Shown: positions 63,690 to 64,000 of the stretch, in pieces
How the letters are laid out: each line of letters starts with the position of its first letter
Position numbering within the stretch: position 1 is the stretch's first letter
NCBI GenBank assembly: GCA_034780895.1
Contig: JAUZTB010000135.1
Location: forward strand, 40,943,145-41,007,144
Reading direction: 5' to 3'
Source: Rhynchobatus australiae
Lineage: Eukaryota
Length of the DNA stretch: 64,000 nt
Made by a program: the position numbers and the translations under genes
Notes under the pieces: model-generated
The model's database searches: none
Seen by the model: the letters and a program-made list of their open reading frames with translations, nothing else
Told to the model about the DNA's origin: nothing

Positions 63690-64000
63690 GAAGTTTCTCT
63701 CCACAGTATAATCTTGTTCAGAGAATGCCTGTCCACTGCTTTGCTGGAAGATGATGTTCCTGCTTTGAACAGAGACATACCTCAGGGAGCCTTCATTGTT
63801 CTCTTGCTCTTCTGCATCTGGTCCATGACCTTGAACTCCAGGTTTTCTTGTTGCTCTTGGGGCATTCTGTGGTTTAGCAAGGTTGTGCACCATGCAAAAT
63901 ATTACAATGAAGTCTCCGCACCTGTTGGGTGTATGTTGCAGGTTGTTCCCTGACTGTATTTTTTTGACTGACACAAATGAATTTTCAGGAGACCAATGAC
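63690..64000 (-). mobile_element. PIF/Harbinger (HARBI1-like) transposase C-terminal relic, continues beyond window
   Basis: VIGLLKIHLC, frameshift, then QSGNNLQHTPNRCGDFIVIFCMVHNLA matches IGLLKxRFRCLDxSGGxLQYxPxxVxxIIxxCCxLHNxA; acidic tail DAEEQENNE. Confidence 0.82.

Overview
Repeat-rich, gapped, AT-rich vertebrate genomic DNA. The repeat repertoire (HER1/CR1 LINEs, HE1-type V-SINEs, DeuSINE-like relics, Penelope tails, Rex1/Babar and L1/Tx1 LINEs) points to a cartilaginous fish, probably a batoid; this is inference. I cannot support an intact host protein-coding gene, RNA gene or CRISPR array, so the window looks intergenic or intronic. Most listed ORFs are transposon fragments, antisense shadows or N-run artefacts. 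Highlights: (1) a splice-signal-flanked, phase 1-1, 294-nt segment at 15930-16223 with a strict 33-nt/11-aa repeat and two in-register TAG stops, resembling ADIRF/FAM25/perilipin/synuclein-type helical repeats; (2) four copies of a ~0.4-kb solo LTR, two with exact 5-bp TSDs; (3) a decayed, nested Mag/K02A2.6-type Gypsy provirus at ~38.8-44.3 kb; (4) several PIF/Harbinger relics (Myb/SANT gene pieces and a transposase C-terminus); (5) an L1 insertion with an 18-bp TSD; (6) degenerate hammerhead-ribozyme-like motifs in Penelope tails. Family assignments were made by eye from remembered motifs, and repeat boundaries are approximate unless a TSD or terminus is quoted.
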